From: Clostridia bacterium
GTDB lineage: Bacteria > Bacillota > Clostridia > Oscillospirales > CAG-272
Direction: 5' to 3'
NCBI GenBank assembly: GCA_017935195.1
Contig: JAGBIB010000140.1
Span: 1-38,331 of the forward strand
Length of the DNA stretch: 38,331 bases
Below, in pieces: positions 32,442-38,331 of the stretch. Both the position numbers and the translations under genes were made by a program. Below the pieces are notes generated by a model. It worked only from the letters and a program-made list of their open reading frames with translations. It was not told the origin of the DNA and did not search any database. Position 1 is the stretch's first letter. Every line of letters begins with the position of its first letter.

Positions 32442-33590
32442 ATGATCTATTTAGATAACGGCGCCACCACACCGCTTTGTCAGGGCGCAAAAGAAAAGAT
32501 GGCAGAGGCGATCGCCTCCTTCGGCAATCCCTCCTCCCTTCATACCGAGGGGCTAAAGGCAAAGGCGCTGAAGGAAGAAAGCCGTGCCCTGCTATATAAG
32601 GCGTTAAACGCCCGCAAGGAGCAGTACGAGATCTTCTTCACATCGGGGGGAACGGAGGCAAACAACCTCGCCCTCTTCGGGGTGGCAAGGGCAAAGAAAT
32701 ATAAAAACCCCAAGATCATCATTACGGACAGCGAACATCCCTGCATCGACGAGCCTGCAAGAAGGTTAGCGGAGGAGGGATTTACAGTGGTTCGCCTGTC
32801 CACCAAGGGCGGAAGGATCGATCTAAACGAGTTCCTTGACGCCATGGACGAGCAGACCATCCTTGTTTCGGTGATGTCGGTAAACAACGAGACCGGCGCC
32901 ATCTACCCCGTAAAAAATCTTTTCGGGGCGGCAAAAAGGATCAATCCCAAGGTCATCTGTCACACCGATGCGGTGCAGGCTTTTTCAAAGATCCCCTTAA
33001 ATCCCGCGACGATTGGCGCAGATCTGATGACCGTCAGCGCCCACAAGATCCACGGGCCCAAGGGGTGCGGCGCACTGATCGTCCATAAAGAAGTCTTAAA
33101 ACGAAGAGCCCTTCTGCCCCTTATTTGCGGAGGCGGTCAGGAAAACGGGATGCGCTCAGGCACCGAGAACACCGTAGGAATTGCAGGATTTGGCGGTGCC
33201 ATTGCAGAAAACCTGCCTAAAATGCAGGAAAATATTGAAAAAATGAGAAATCTGCGGGCGTATCTTCTTGAAAAGCTCCCCGAAGAGATCACCCCCAACC
33301 TGCCCGAAAATCCCGCCCCCCACGTGCTTTCCATCACCCTGCCTCAGATCAAGAGCGAAACAGCGCTTCACGCCCTGTCGGCAAAGGGTATTTGCGTGTC
33401 AAACGGCTCTGCCTGCTCCTCTAACGGCGGCGGACACAAAAACTCCGTCCTTTCTGCCTTTGGACTTACCGAAAAGCAGGCGGACAGCACCCTGCGCATC
33501 AGCTTCTCAACTGAAAACACCAAAGAGGACGTGGACGCTCTGGTCCTTGCCCTTGAAGAGTGCCTAAGCACCCTGGTGCGCTTCAAATAA
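32442..33590 (+). CDS. Cysteine desulfurase (NifS/IscS-type class V aminotransferase)
   Basis: This is the track ORF 32397..33590. I prefer the start at 32442 (MIYLDNGATTP). The PLP lysine is in SAHKIHGPKG and the catalytic Cys loop is SNGSACSS. Confidence 0.9.
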   Translation: MIYLDNGATTPLCQGAKEKMAEAIASFGNPSSLHTEGLKAKALKEESRALLYKALNARKEQYEIFFTSGGTEANNLALFGVARAKKYKNPKIIITDSEHPCIDEPARRLAEEGFTVVRLSTKGGRIDLNEFLDAMDEQTILVSVMSVNNETGAIYPVKNLFGAAKRINPKVICHTDAVQAFSKIPLNPATIGADLMTVSAHKIHGPKGCGALIVHKEVLKRRALLPLICGGGQENGMRSGTENTVGIAGFGGAIAENLPKMQENIEKMRNLRAYLLEKLPEEITPNLPENPAPHVLSITLPQIKSETALHALSAKGICVSNGSACSSNGGGHKNSVLSAFGLTEKQADSTLRISFSTENTKEDVDALVLALEECLSTLVRFK

Positions 33591-33607
33591 TTCGAAAGGA
33601 GTACGCA

Positions 33608-34372
33608 ATGTTTCCCTTTTTTATTTGTCTTTTGGCAGGTCTTGGTGCAGGTGTAGGCACGGGAATCGCAGGAATGAGTGCCTCTGCCGTTATTACCCCT
33701 ATGCTGGTCACCTTCCTTCATATGGATGCCTATAGCGCCATTGGTATTGCCCTTGCCTCCGATGTGCTGGCAAGCGCCGTTTCCGCCTATACCTACGGAA
33801 AAAACAAAAAAATCGATATCAAAAACAGCTACGTCATGCTGATTTCCGTTTTGGCCTTCACCCTGCTTTTCAGCTGGATCTCAGGCTTCGTGCCCCACAG
33901 CACCCTTGGAGGCATGTCTGTGTTCGGCACGCTGATGGTGGGCGTAAAGTTTTTAATAAAGCCCGTAATGTCTGAAAAGACCTCCCTTTCAAAGGACAGC
34001 ACCAAAAGAAAGGTACTCCTTTCTATCGTCTGCGGTGCGGTTATCGGCTCGATCTGCGGCTTTATGGGGGCAGGCGGCGGTATGATGATGCTCCTGCTGC
34101 TCACCAGTATACTGGGATACGAATTAAAAACTGCAGTGGGTACCAGCGTCTTTATCATGACCTTCACAGCTCTTGTGGGTGCAGGAGGGCATTTTGCTAT
34201 CGGCGGAGCCCCCGACTTCTTTTGTTTGGCGGTGTGTATGCTCAGCACCCTGCTCTTTGCCCGTGTTTCAGCTCTTTTGGCTAACAAAGCCTCGGCAAAG
34301 ACACTCAACCGCGTGGTGGGCGGTGTAATGGTAGCCTTCGGTGCCATCATGCTGATCTTTCAATTTCTGTAG
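33608..34372 (+). CDS. TauE/SafE (DUF81) family sulfite/anion exporter-like membrane protein
   Basis: This is the track ORF 33560..34372. I prefer the start at 33608 (MFPFFICLLAGLGAGVGTGIAG) because AAAGGAG lies 6 nt upstream. It has about 7-8 TMs and repeated Gly-rich GxGGG motifs. Confidence 0.75.
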   Translation: MFPFFICLLAGLGAGVGTGIAGMSASAVITPMLVTFLHMDAYSAIGIALASDVLASAVSAYTYGKNKKIDIKNSYVMLISVLAFTLLFSWISGFVPHSTLGGMSVFGTLMVGVKFLIKPVMSEKTSLSKDSTKRKVLLSIVCGAVIGSICGFMGAGGGMMMLLLLTSILGYELKTAVGTSVFIMTFTALVGAGGHFAIGGAPDFFCLAVCMLSTLLFARVSALLANKASAKTLNRVVGGVMVAFGAIMLIFQFL

Positions 34373-34381
34373 ACAGACAAC

Positions 34382-34423
34382 AAAAAAGCAAACGCATTCT
34401 TTTGAAATCGCGTTTGCTTTTTT
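34382..34423. terminator. Bidirectional terminator between convergent genes
   Basis: AAAAAAGCAAACGC and GCGTTTGCTTTTTT form a 14-bp perfect inverted repeat that includes the A and T tracts. The loop is 14 nt. Confidence 0.8.
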
Positions 34424-34425
34424 CA

Positions 34426-35121
34426 TTATTCTTCTGCAGGTACGCCGTCAAGGATCTGCCGCAGCAGCATTGCCAGATTCCGATTGAGAGAATCCTCCGA
34501 ATAATCGGAAACATGATGGTATCCTTCCCCATCGGAGCGTTTCACCATAAGGTACGGATACATGGAATCACGGATCCATTTTCCCTCGGGAATCTCCGCC
34601 TTGAAAATGCGTCCCTGTACGCCTTCAAAGGAAACAGACAGCACCTCATGCTTGTTGCCGGGAATATCTCCGTCCACCGAAAAATAGTCAAAAACAGAGT
34701 GCTCTATATAACTGTTTCCTCTGAGATCTATTTCTTTGGAGCACTCTTCGGTCCACTGATTTTCAAAAAAATACGTCTTCAAGCAATAGTGCACCGTGCC
34801 CGTCACGCCTCTTCCGTCCTCGTCCTCAATGCAGGGCCACCAGCCCTCCTTCAAGCTGTAGGAAGTCAGGGTCGAGCCGTCTTCATCGTACACATCGTCA
34901 ACATAGGTCATATATTCCTCTATATTCTCGCTATCAAGCTCCACGATGGTAAAATAGGACAAAAATTCCTCTTCGCTGATGGCGTTTTGCTCCTGCTCCA
35001 TTTCATTAAGCCTATCCTGAAGCAAGTCCATGCCCACCCGTGCGATCCCGCAGGACGAGCAAGCAAGTGCAAAGGAAAGCACCAAAAGCAGGGCGCACAG
35101 CTTAATAAAAGTTTTTTTCAT
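34426..35121 (-). CDS. Lipoprotein of unknown function
   Basis: The ORF is 231 aa with a signal peptide and lipobox ALAC|SSC. AAGGAG lies 8 nt upstream. It has its own candidate promoter: TTGCTT, a 17-nt spacer and TATACT in 35135-35175. Confidence 0.65.
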   Translation of the reverse strand: MKKTFIKLCALLLVLSFALACSSCGIARVGMDLLQDRLNEMEQEQNAISEEEFLSYFTIVELDSENIEEYMTYVDDVYDEDGSTLTSYSLKEGWWPCIEDEDGRGVTGTVHYCLKTYFFENQWTEECSKEIDLRGNSYIEHSVFDYFSVDGDIPGNKHEVLSVSFEGVQGRIFKAEIPEGKWIRDSMYPYLMVKRSDGEGYHHVSDYSEDSLNRNLAMLLRQILDGVPAEE

Positions 35122-35199
35122 CAGATCACTCCTTAAAAGTTTTTTTCAGTATATCACAGATCTTTCAAAAAAGCAATCAACTATCCGTTAAGTTTGATC

Positions 35200-35793
35200 T
35201 TATGAAAGCTTTTCCATGGTGCCGATCAGAGTATGTCCGCAGCAAGTGCATACACCGTCAAACGATCGGTTTTTCCCGCCGCACACGGGGCAGTCCAGCC
35301 CCTCCGCCTCGATTTCGGGAAGGCGCACCACCACGGGCGAGCCGTAAAGATGGAAAACCCTGTCCCCCACCTTGTATTGCTCAAGATACTCCGCCTTTTT
35401 TGCCCTTTCGCTATACACCTTCTTGCGCACCCTTTTGCCCTCGTCGGTTTTGATCCACAGAGTGATTTCGTTTCGATAGTAGTGCCCCTCCAAGGAGGGC
35501 TCGAATCTGCGCTCGAAGTCACTGACCGTCTTCACGTCCACCCGCTCCACTCTTCCAAAAAAGGTGCGGTCAAAAAGCCTGCGCGGTTTTATAAGAATAA
35601 ACAGAGGCAGCACCAGCGCAATGCTCTTATAAAGGATTGGAAAGCCGCTGCCGAAGCGATCGGGCGGGAAGACGCTATCCCCGAAAAAGGAAAGCAGCAG
35701 GCATACCACGATCTCAACCAAAACAAGGGGAAGGATCTGTTTTAAAAAAGCCTTCCTTGAAAAGGATTTTAAGTCTTTAGATAGTTGTTTCAT
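35200..35793 (-). CDS. Membrane protein with a C-terminal zinc-ribbon, unknown function
   Basis: This is the track ORF 35200..35811. I prefer the start at 35793 (MKQLSKD) because GGAGG lies 8 nt upstream. It has two TMs, a beta-rich domain, then CPVCGGKN...CTCCGH. Confidence 0.6.
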   Translation of the reverse strand: MKQLSKDLKSFSRKAFLKQILPLVLVEIVVCLLLSFFGDSVFPPDRFGSGFPILYKSIALVLPLFILIKPRRLFDRTFFGRVERVDVKTVSDFERRFEPSLEGHYYRNEITLWIKTDEGKRVRKKVYSERAKKAEYLEQYKVGDRVFHLYGSPVVVRLPEIEAEGLDCPVCGGKNRSFDGVCTCCGHTLIGTMEKLS

Positions 35794-35822
35794 AAAAATG
35801 TACCTCCGCATATTTTTTCGGT

Positions 35823-36386
35823 TTATCCTTCTTCAAAAATATTTCCCAAAAGCCATTTTGAACCGCAAACTCTCACGTCGGGAAGCAAGGGATCATTGTT
35901 GTAAAGCAACGCAAAGGTGGCGTCTTCTGCTTTGCTTACAGAGATGGGCGCAGGATTTAAAACCACGTATTTTTGATGCTTTTGACCGGAAGCGTCAAAT
36001 GCCATCTTGTATTTTTTGATGGTATATACCCGATCCACTACCGCTCCGGGCGACGGACGTCTGGGGTTTACCACGTAAGAAGCCCTTCTTTCCACGATCA
36101 ATTCAAGCCGTTTGCCATTCATATCAAAATGGTAGCGCACTCTGCGAAGAGGGGTGGTGATCACGGCAATATCTATCGTTTTTTCGGGCATCTCCAAAAA
36201 AAGATCCGCCTTGCCGTCATGCCTAAAAACAGAAAACATCGGATTGCGATAATACCCCACACTGCCGTGATGCGCTTTGGCTTTTTTGGTAAGTTTTCTT
36301 AAAAAATGGAGTCGTTTCAAAATCAAATAAAGATAGTTCAAAAGCACGATCACAACTACCAATACCAATATCCACAAAAATAGCAT
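35823..36386 (-). CDS. N-terminally membrane-anchored protein of unknown function
   Basis: This is the track ORF 35823..36485. I prefer the start at 36386 (MLFLWILVLVVVIVLL) because GAGGGGGG lies 7 nt upstream. It has one TM and a basic domain of about 150 aa with no motif I can name. Confidence 0.55.
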   Translation of the reverse strand: MLFLWILVLVVVIVLLNYLYLILKRLHFLRKLTKKAKAHHGSVGYYRNPMFSVFRHDGKADLFLEMPEKTIDIAVITTPLRRVRYHFDMNGKRLELIVERRASYVVNPRRPSPGAVVDRVYTIKKYKMAFDASGQKHQKYVVLNPAPISVSKAEDATFALLYNNDPLLPDVRVCGSKWLLGNIFEEG

Positions 36387-36540
36387 CGCATTACCCCCCT
36401 CGTCCTGAAAAGATTTGTAACAATATTCCTCCATACTCTTCTTTCTGACTACAGTATACACTGCTTTAAAGGAAAAGTAAATCATAAGATCACCGTAATA
36501 GCCTCTTCTATTTTCATAAAAAAGAAAAATAGAAGAATAA

Positions 36541-36571
36541 AAGGGATCAAGTTCTCCGCCATTGATCCCTT
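36541..36571 (-). terminator. Terminator-like hairpin after the XRE-like gene
   Basis: AAGGGATCAA pairs with TTGATCCCTT in a 10-bp stem with an 11-nt loop. A T-rich run (TTATTCTTCTATTTTTCTTTTTT) follows on the reverse strand. Confidence 0.55.
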
Positions 36572-36577
36572 TGTTTG

Positions 36578-37087
36578 TTATTTTTTCTTTCGTTTTTCGT
36601 ATGCTTCTATATCAATGAGCCCGTTTGCAAGCATTTTCTCCGTCCAGAGCTGCAGAGTTTCCACCGTGATGGAGATGCGCTCCAGCTCCTCTTGAATGTA
36701 AATGAAATCGTCAATTTCGCCCACGTCTATTTTGCCGTCTGCCGTGATCTCGATCAGTCGGTCCTTTTCTTTATTCACCGAGTTTAACGATGCCAGCATT
36801 TCCAGAACGATCGAGGATAGCTCCTTGATCTCCACCTTGGGCACGTACTTCTGCCCGATGGGACAATCGGAAGAGCAGTAATGATTGCAAAGCGAGGGAC
36901 GCTTATATTTTTCCGCCATCGCCAAGATCTCCTCGGGGTGTGCGATGGTTTTTTCGTTTTCGATCTTTTCTATTCTGTCCGCAGGAACGCTTTCAAGCAG
37001 CTCGCTTGCCTTTTCTCGTGATAACTCCAGCTCCTCCCGTGCAAGCTGATATACGTTTTTGTTTTCCTTGGTCGAAGCTCTGCCCAT
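36578..37087 (-). CDS. XRE-like HTH regulator with a CxxxCxxxC motif and a helical C-terminal domain
   Basis: This is the track ORF 36578..37150. I prefer the start at 37087 (MGRASTKENK) because GGAGGA lies 4 nt upstream. The HTH pattern is ELSREKASELL...IEKIENEK...PEEILAMAEKY, followed by LCNHYCSSDCPIG. Confidence 0.7.
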   Translation of the reverse strand: MGRASTKENKNVYQLAREELELSREKASELLESVPADRIEKIENEKTIAHPEEILAMAEKYKRPSLCNHYCSSDCPIGQKYVPKVEIKELSSIVLEMLASLNSVNKEKDRLIEITADGKIDVGEIDDFIYIQEELERISITVETLQLWTEKMLANGLIDIEAYEKRKKK

Positions 37088-37111
37088 TTGATCCTCCAAA
37101 GCATTTTTATC

Positions 37112-37140
37112 AGTATAACACGATATCCTTCCGTTGTCAA
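37112..37140 (-). promoter_or_regulatory. Sigma-A promoter of the XRE-like gene
   Basis: On the reverse strand, TTGACA (37140-35), a 17-nt spacer and TATACT (37117-12) preceded by TGT. Confidence 0.6.
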
Positions 37141-37164
37141 TACAACTCAACCAACGCGCAACAC

Positions 37165-37194
37165 AAAAAAGAGGGACTCCTTTCGGAATCCCTC
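37165..37194 (-). terminator. Rho-independent terminator after tsf
   Basis: On the reverse strand, GAGGGATTCC, a GAAA loop and GGAGTCCCTC form a 10-bp stem with one G-U pair, followed by T6. Confidence 0.85.
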
Positions 37195-37207
37195 AATTTC
37201 ATTTGAA

Positions 37208-38140
37208 TTATTTGCCGGTGAGCTTTGCGATCTCTTCAGCGAAGTTCTCTTCTCTCTTCTGGATGCCTTCACCCTTCTCGAAGATCACGAAGGAGTCAAC
37301 CTTGATGCTGCCGCCCAGTCTCTTGGCTTCGGTCTCAAGGTACTTACCAACGCTCATGGAGTCGTCCTTCACGTAGGGCTGCTCAACAAGGCATACCTTC
37401 TCGAAGAAGTTCTTGCCCATCTTACCTGCAACGATCTTCTTGAGAACCTCTTCGGGCTTGTTTGCAAGCTTGGGATCGTTCTTTGCCGCTGCAACCTGAA
37501 TAGCCAGCTCCTCTTCCACTGCGCTCTCGGGAACGTTTTCCTTTGCAACGTAGGTGGGAGGGTTACCTGCTGCGATCTGCAGAGCAACGTTCTTTACAAC
37601 GTCTGCAAACTCAGAGTGGTTCTTTGCAGCCTCGTCAGCGTCAAACTTTACGATAACGCCGGTCTGACCCATACCGTGGATATAGGTGGTGGTGGTGCCT
37701 TCAACAACAGTGAAACGGCGGATGCTCAGCTTCTCACCGATCATTGCGATCTTCTCAGTCAGGGTTGCCTGAACGTCCTGGTTGGAGCCGGAGAAGGTCT
37801 TGGTCATCAGCTCTTCAACGGTTGCGGGGTTGGTCTCGATGATGGTCTTCAGCAGACCCTTAACGAACTCCTTGAAGGTATCGTTCTTTGCAACGAAGTC
37901 GGTCTCGGAGTTTACTTCGATCATTGCGGTCTTGTCGCCATCCTTCAGAATGTCAACAACACCCTCAGCGGCAATTCTGCCTTCCTTCTTGGCAGCGGTA
38001 GCCAGGCCCTTCTCACGGAGGATCTTTACAGCGGCCTCAACGTCGCCGTCAGCCTCTACGAGTGCCTTCTTGCAGTCCATCATACCAAGTCCGGTCTTTG
38101 CGCGCAGCGCAGCTACGTCCTTTGCGGTGATCTGTGCCAT
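37208..38140 (-). CDS. tsf: Translation elongation factor Ts
   Basis: This is the track ORF 37208..38248. I prefer the start at 38140 (MAQITAKDVAALRAKTGLGMMDCKKAL) because AAGGAGGAAG lies upstream. It has the canonical UBA-like N-terminus and a dimerisation core. Confidence 0.95.
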   Translation of the reverse strand: MAQITAKDVAALRAKTGLGMMDCKKALVEADGDVEAAVKILREKGLATAAKKEGRIAAEGVVDILKDGDKTAMIEVNSETDFVAKNDTFKEFVKGLLKTIIETNPATVEELMTKTFSGSNQDVQATLTEKIAMIGEKLSIRRFTVVEGTTTTYIHGMGQTGVIVKFDADEAAKNHSEFADVVKNVALQIAAGNPPTYVAKENVPESAVEEELAIQVAAAKNDPKLANKPEEVLKKIVAGKMGKNFFEKVCLVEQPYVKDDSMSVGKYLETEAKRLGGSIKVDSFVIFEKGEGIQKREENFAEEIAKLTGK

Positions 38141-38159
38141 TTTTTCTTCCTCCTTGATC

Positions 38160-38331
38160 TTATGCCTCAGCGGGAGCCTCAGCGGTCTCTTCGGTTGCGG
38201 GTGCCTCGGTCTGCTCGCCCTGCTTGCCTTCCAAAACTGCGTCTGCAAGAGAAGAGGAGATCAGCTTGATGGCGCGGATTGCGTCATCGTTACCGGGAAT
38301 TACATAGTCTGCATCGTCGGGATCGCAGTTG
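38160..38331 (-). CDS. rpsB: 30S ribosomal protein S2, C-terminal 56 codons (5' part lies outside the window)
   Basis: My own reverse-strand translation gives [35 protein letters not shown]... with the stop at 38162-38160. This is the conserved S2 C-terminal motif, and the gene sits directly upstream of tsf. Confidence 0.9.
   Translation of the reverse strand, partial: NCDPDDADYVIPGNDDAIRAIKLISSSLADAVLEGKQGEQTEAPATEETAEAPAEA

Noticed and set aside
37088-38269. 393-aa plus-strand ORF
   Set aside because: It is antisense to tsf, whose translation is unmistakable. It is leucine/valine-rich with no motifs.

Overview
The window looks like a chromosomal segment from a spore-forming, moderately GC-rich Firmicute of the Clostridia type, possibly gut-associated. 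That assignment is an inference from cwlD, CotF-like genes, rpsB-tsf, a GH89 mucin-type glycosidase and the SD and promoter style. It is mostly core or housekeeping DNA with dense coding on both strands.

Left to right:
- An intramembrane-type histidine kinase and OmpR-type regulator, divergent from a 1059-aa fused ABC-ATPase/FtsX(MacB-like) transporter.
- A C45/Ntn-hydrolase, Fe-alcohol dehydrogenase and aldehyde dehydrogenase operon.
- A zur-znuA-znuC-znuB-lipoprotein zinc operon.
- An MFS and M20-peptidase operon.
- tRNA-Ser(GGA), with an unusual structured element downstream and a low-GC orphan gene plus a tyrosine recombinase upstream.
- cwlD, radA, a CDF transporter and tcdA.
- An HTH-plus-helical-domain regulator and two small CotF-like genes.
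- A 1442-aa secreted GH89 alpha-N-acetylglucosaminidase.
- An mtaB-GNAT-lipoprotein-cysteine desulfurase-TauE operon.
- A block of four uncharacterised genes (XRE-like regulator, two membrane proteins, a lipoprotein).
- tsf and the 3' end of rpsB.

I saw no rRNA, CRISPR array, transposase or prophage structural genes. Many starts were refined from the ORF track using Shine-Dalgarno spacing. Several promoters match TTGACA-17-TATAAT exactly or nearly.

No clearly novel multi-gene system is evident. The three best candidates for something undescribed are:
1. The tRNA-Ser 3'-end triplication, which brackets a 150-nt GC-rich structured RNA-like element between terminators.
2. The uncharacterised four-gene block that interrupts the usual rpsB-tsf-pyrH-frr neighbourhood.
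3. The intramembrane-sensing two-component system paired with an atypical fused ABC transporter whose roughly 620-aa extracytoplasmic domain contains three tandem repeats.

All functional calls come from motif recognition by eye. No database search was run.
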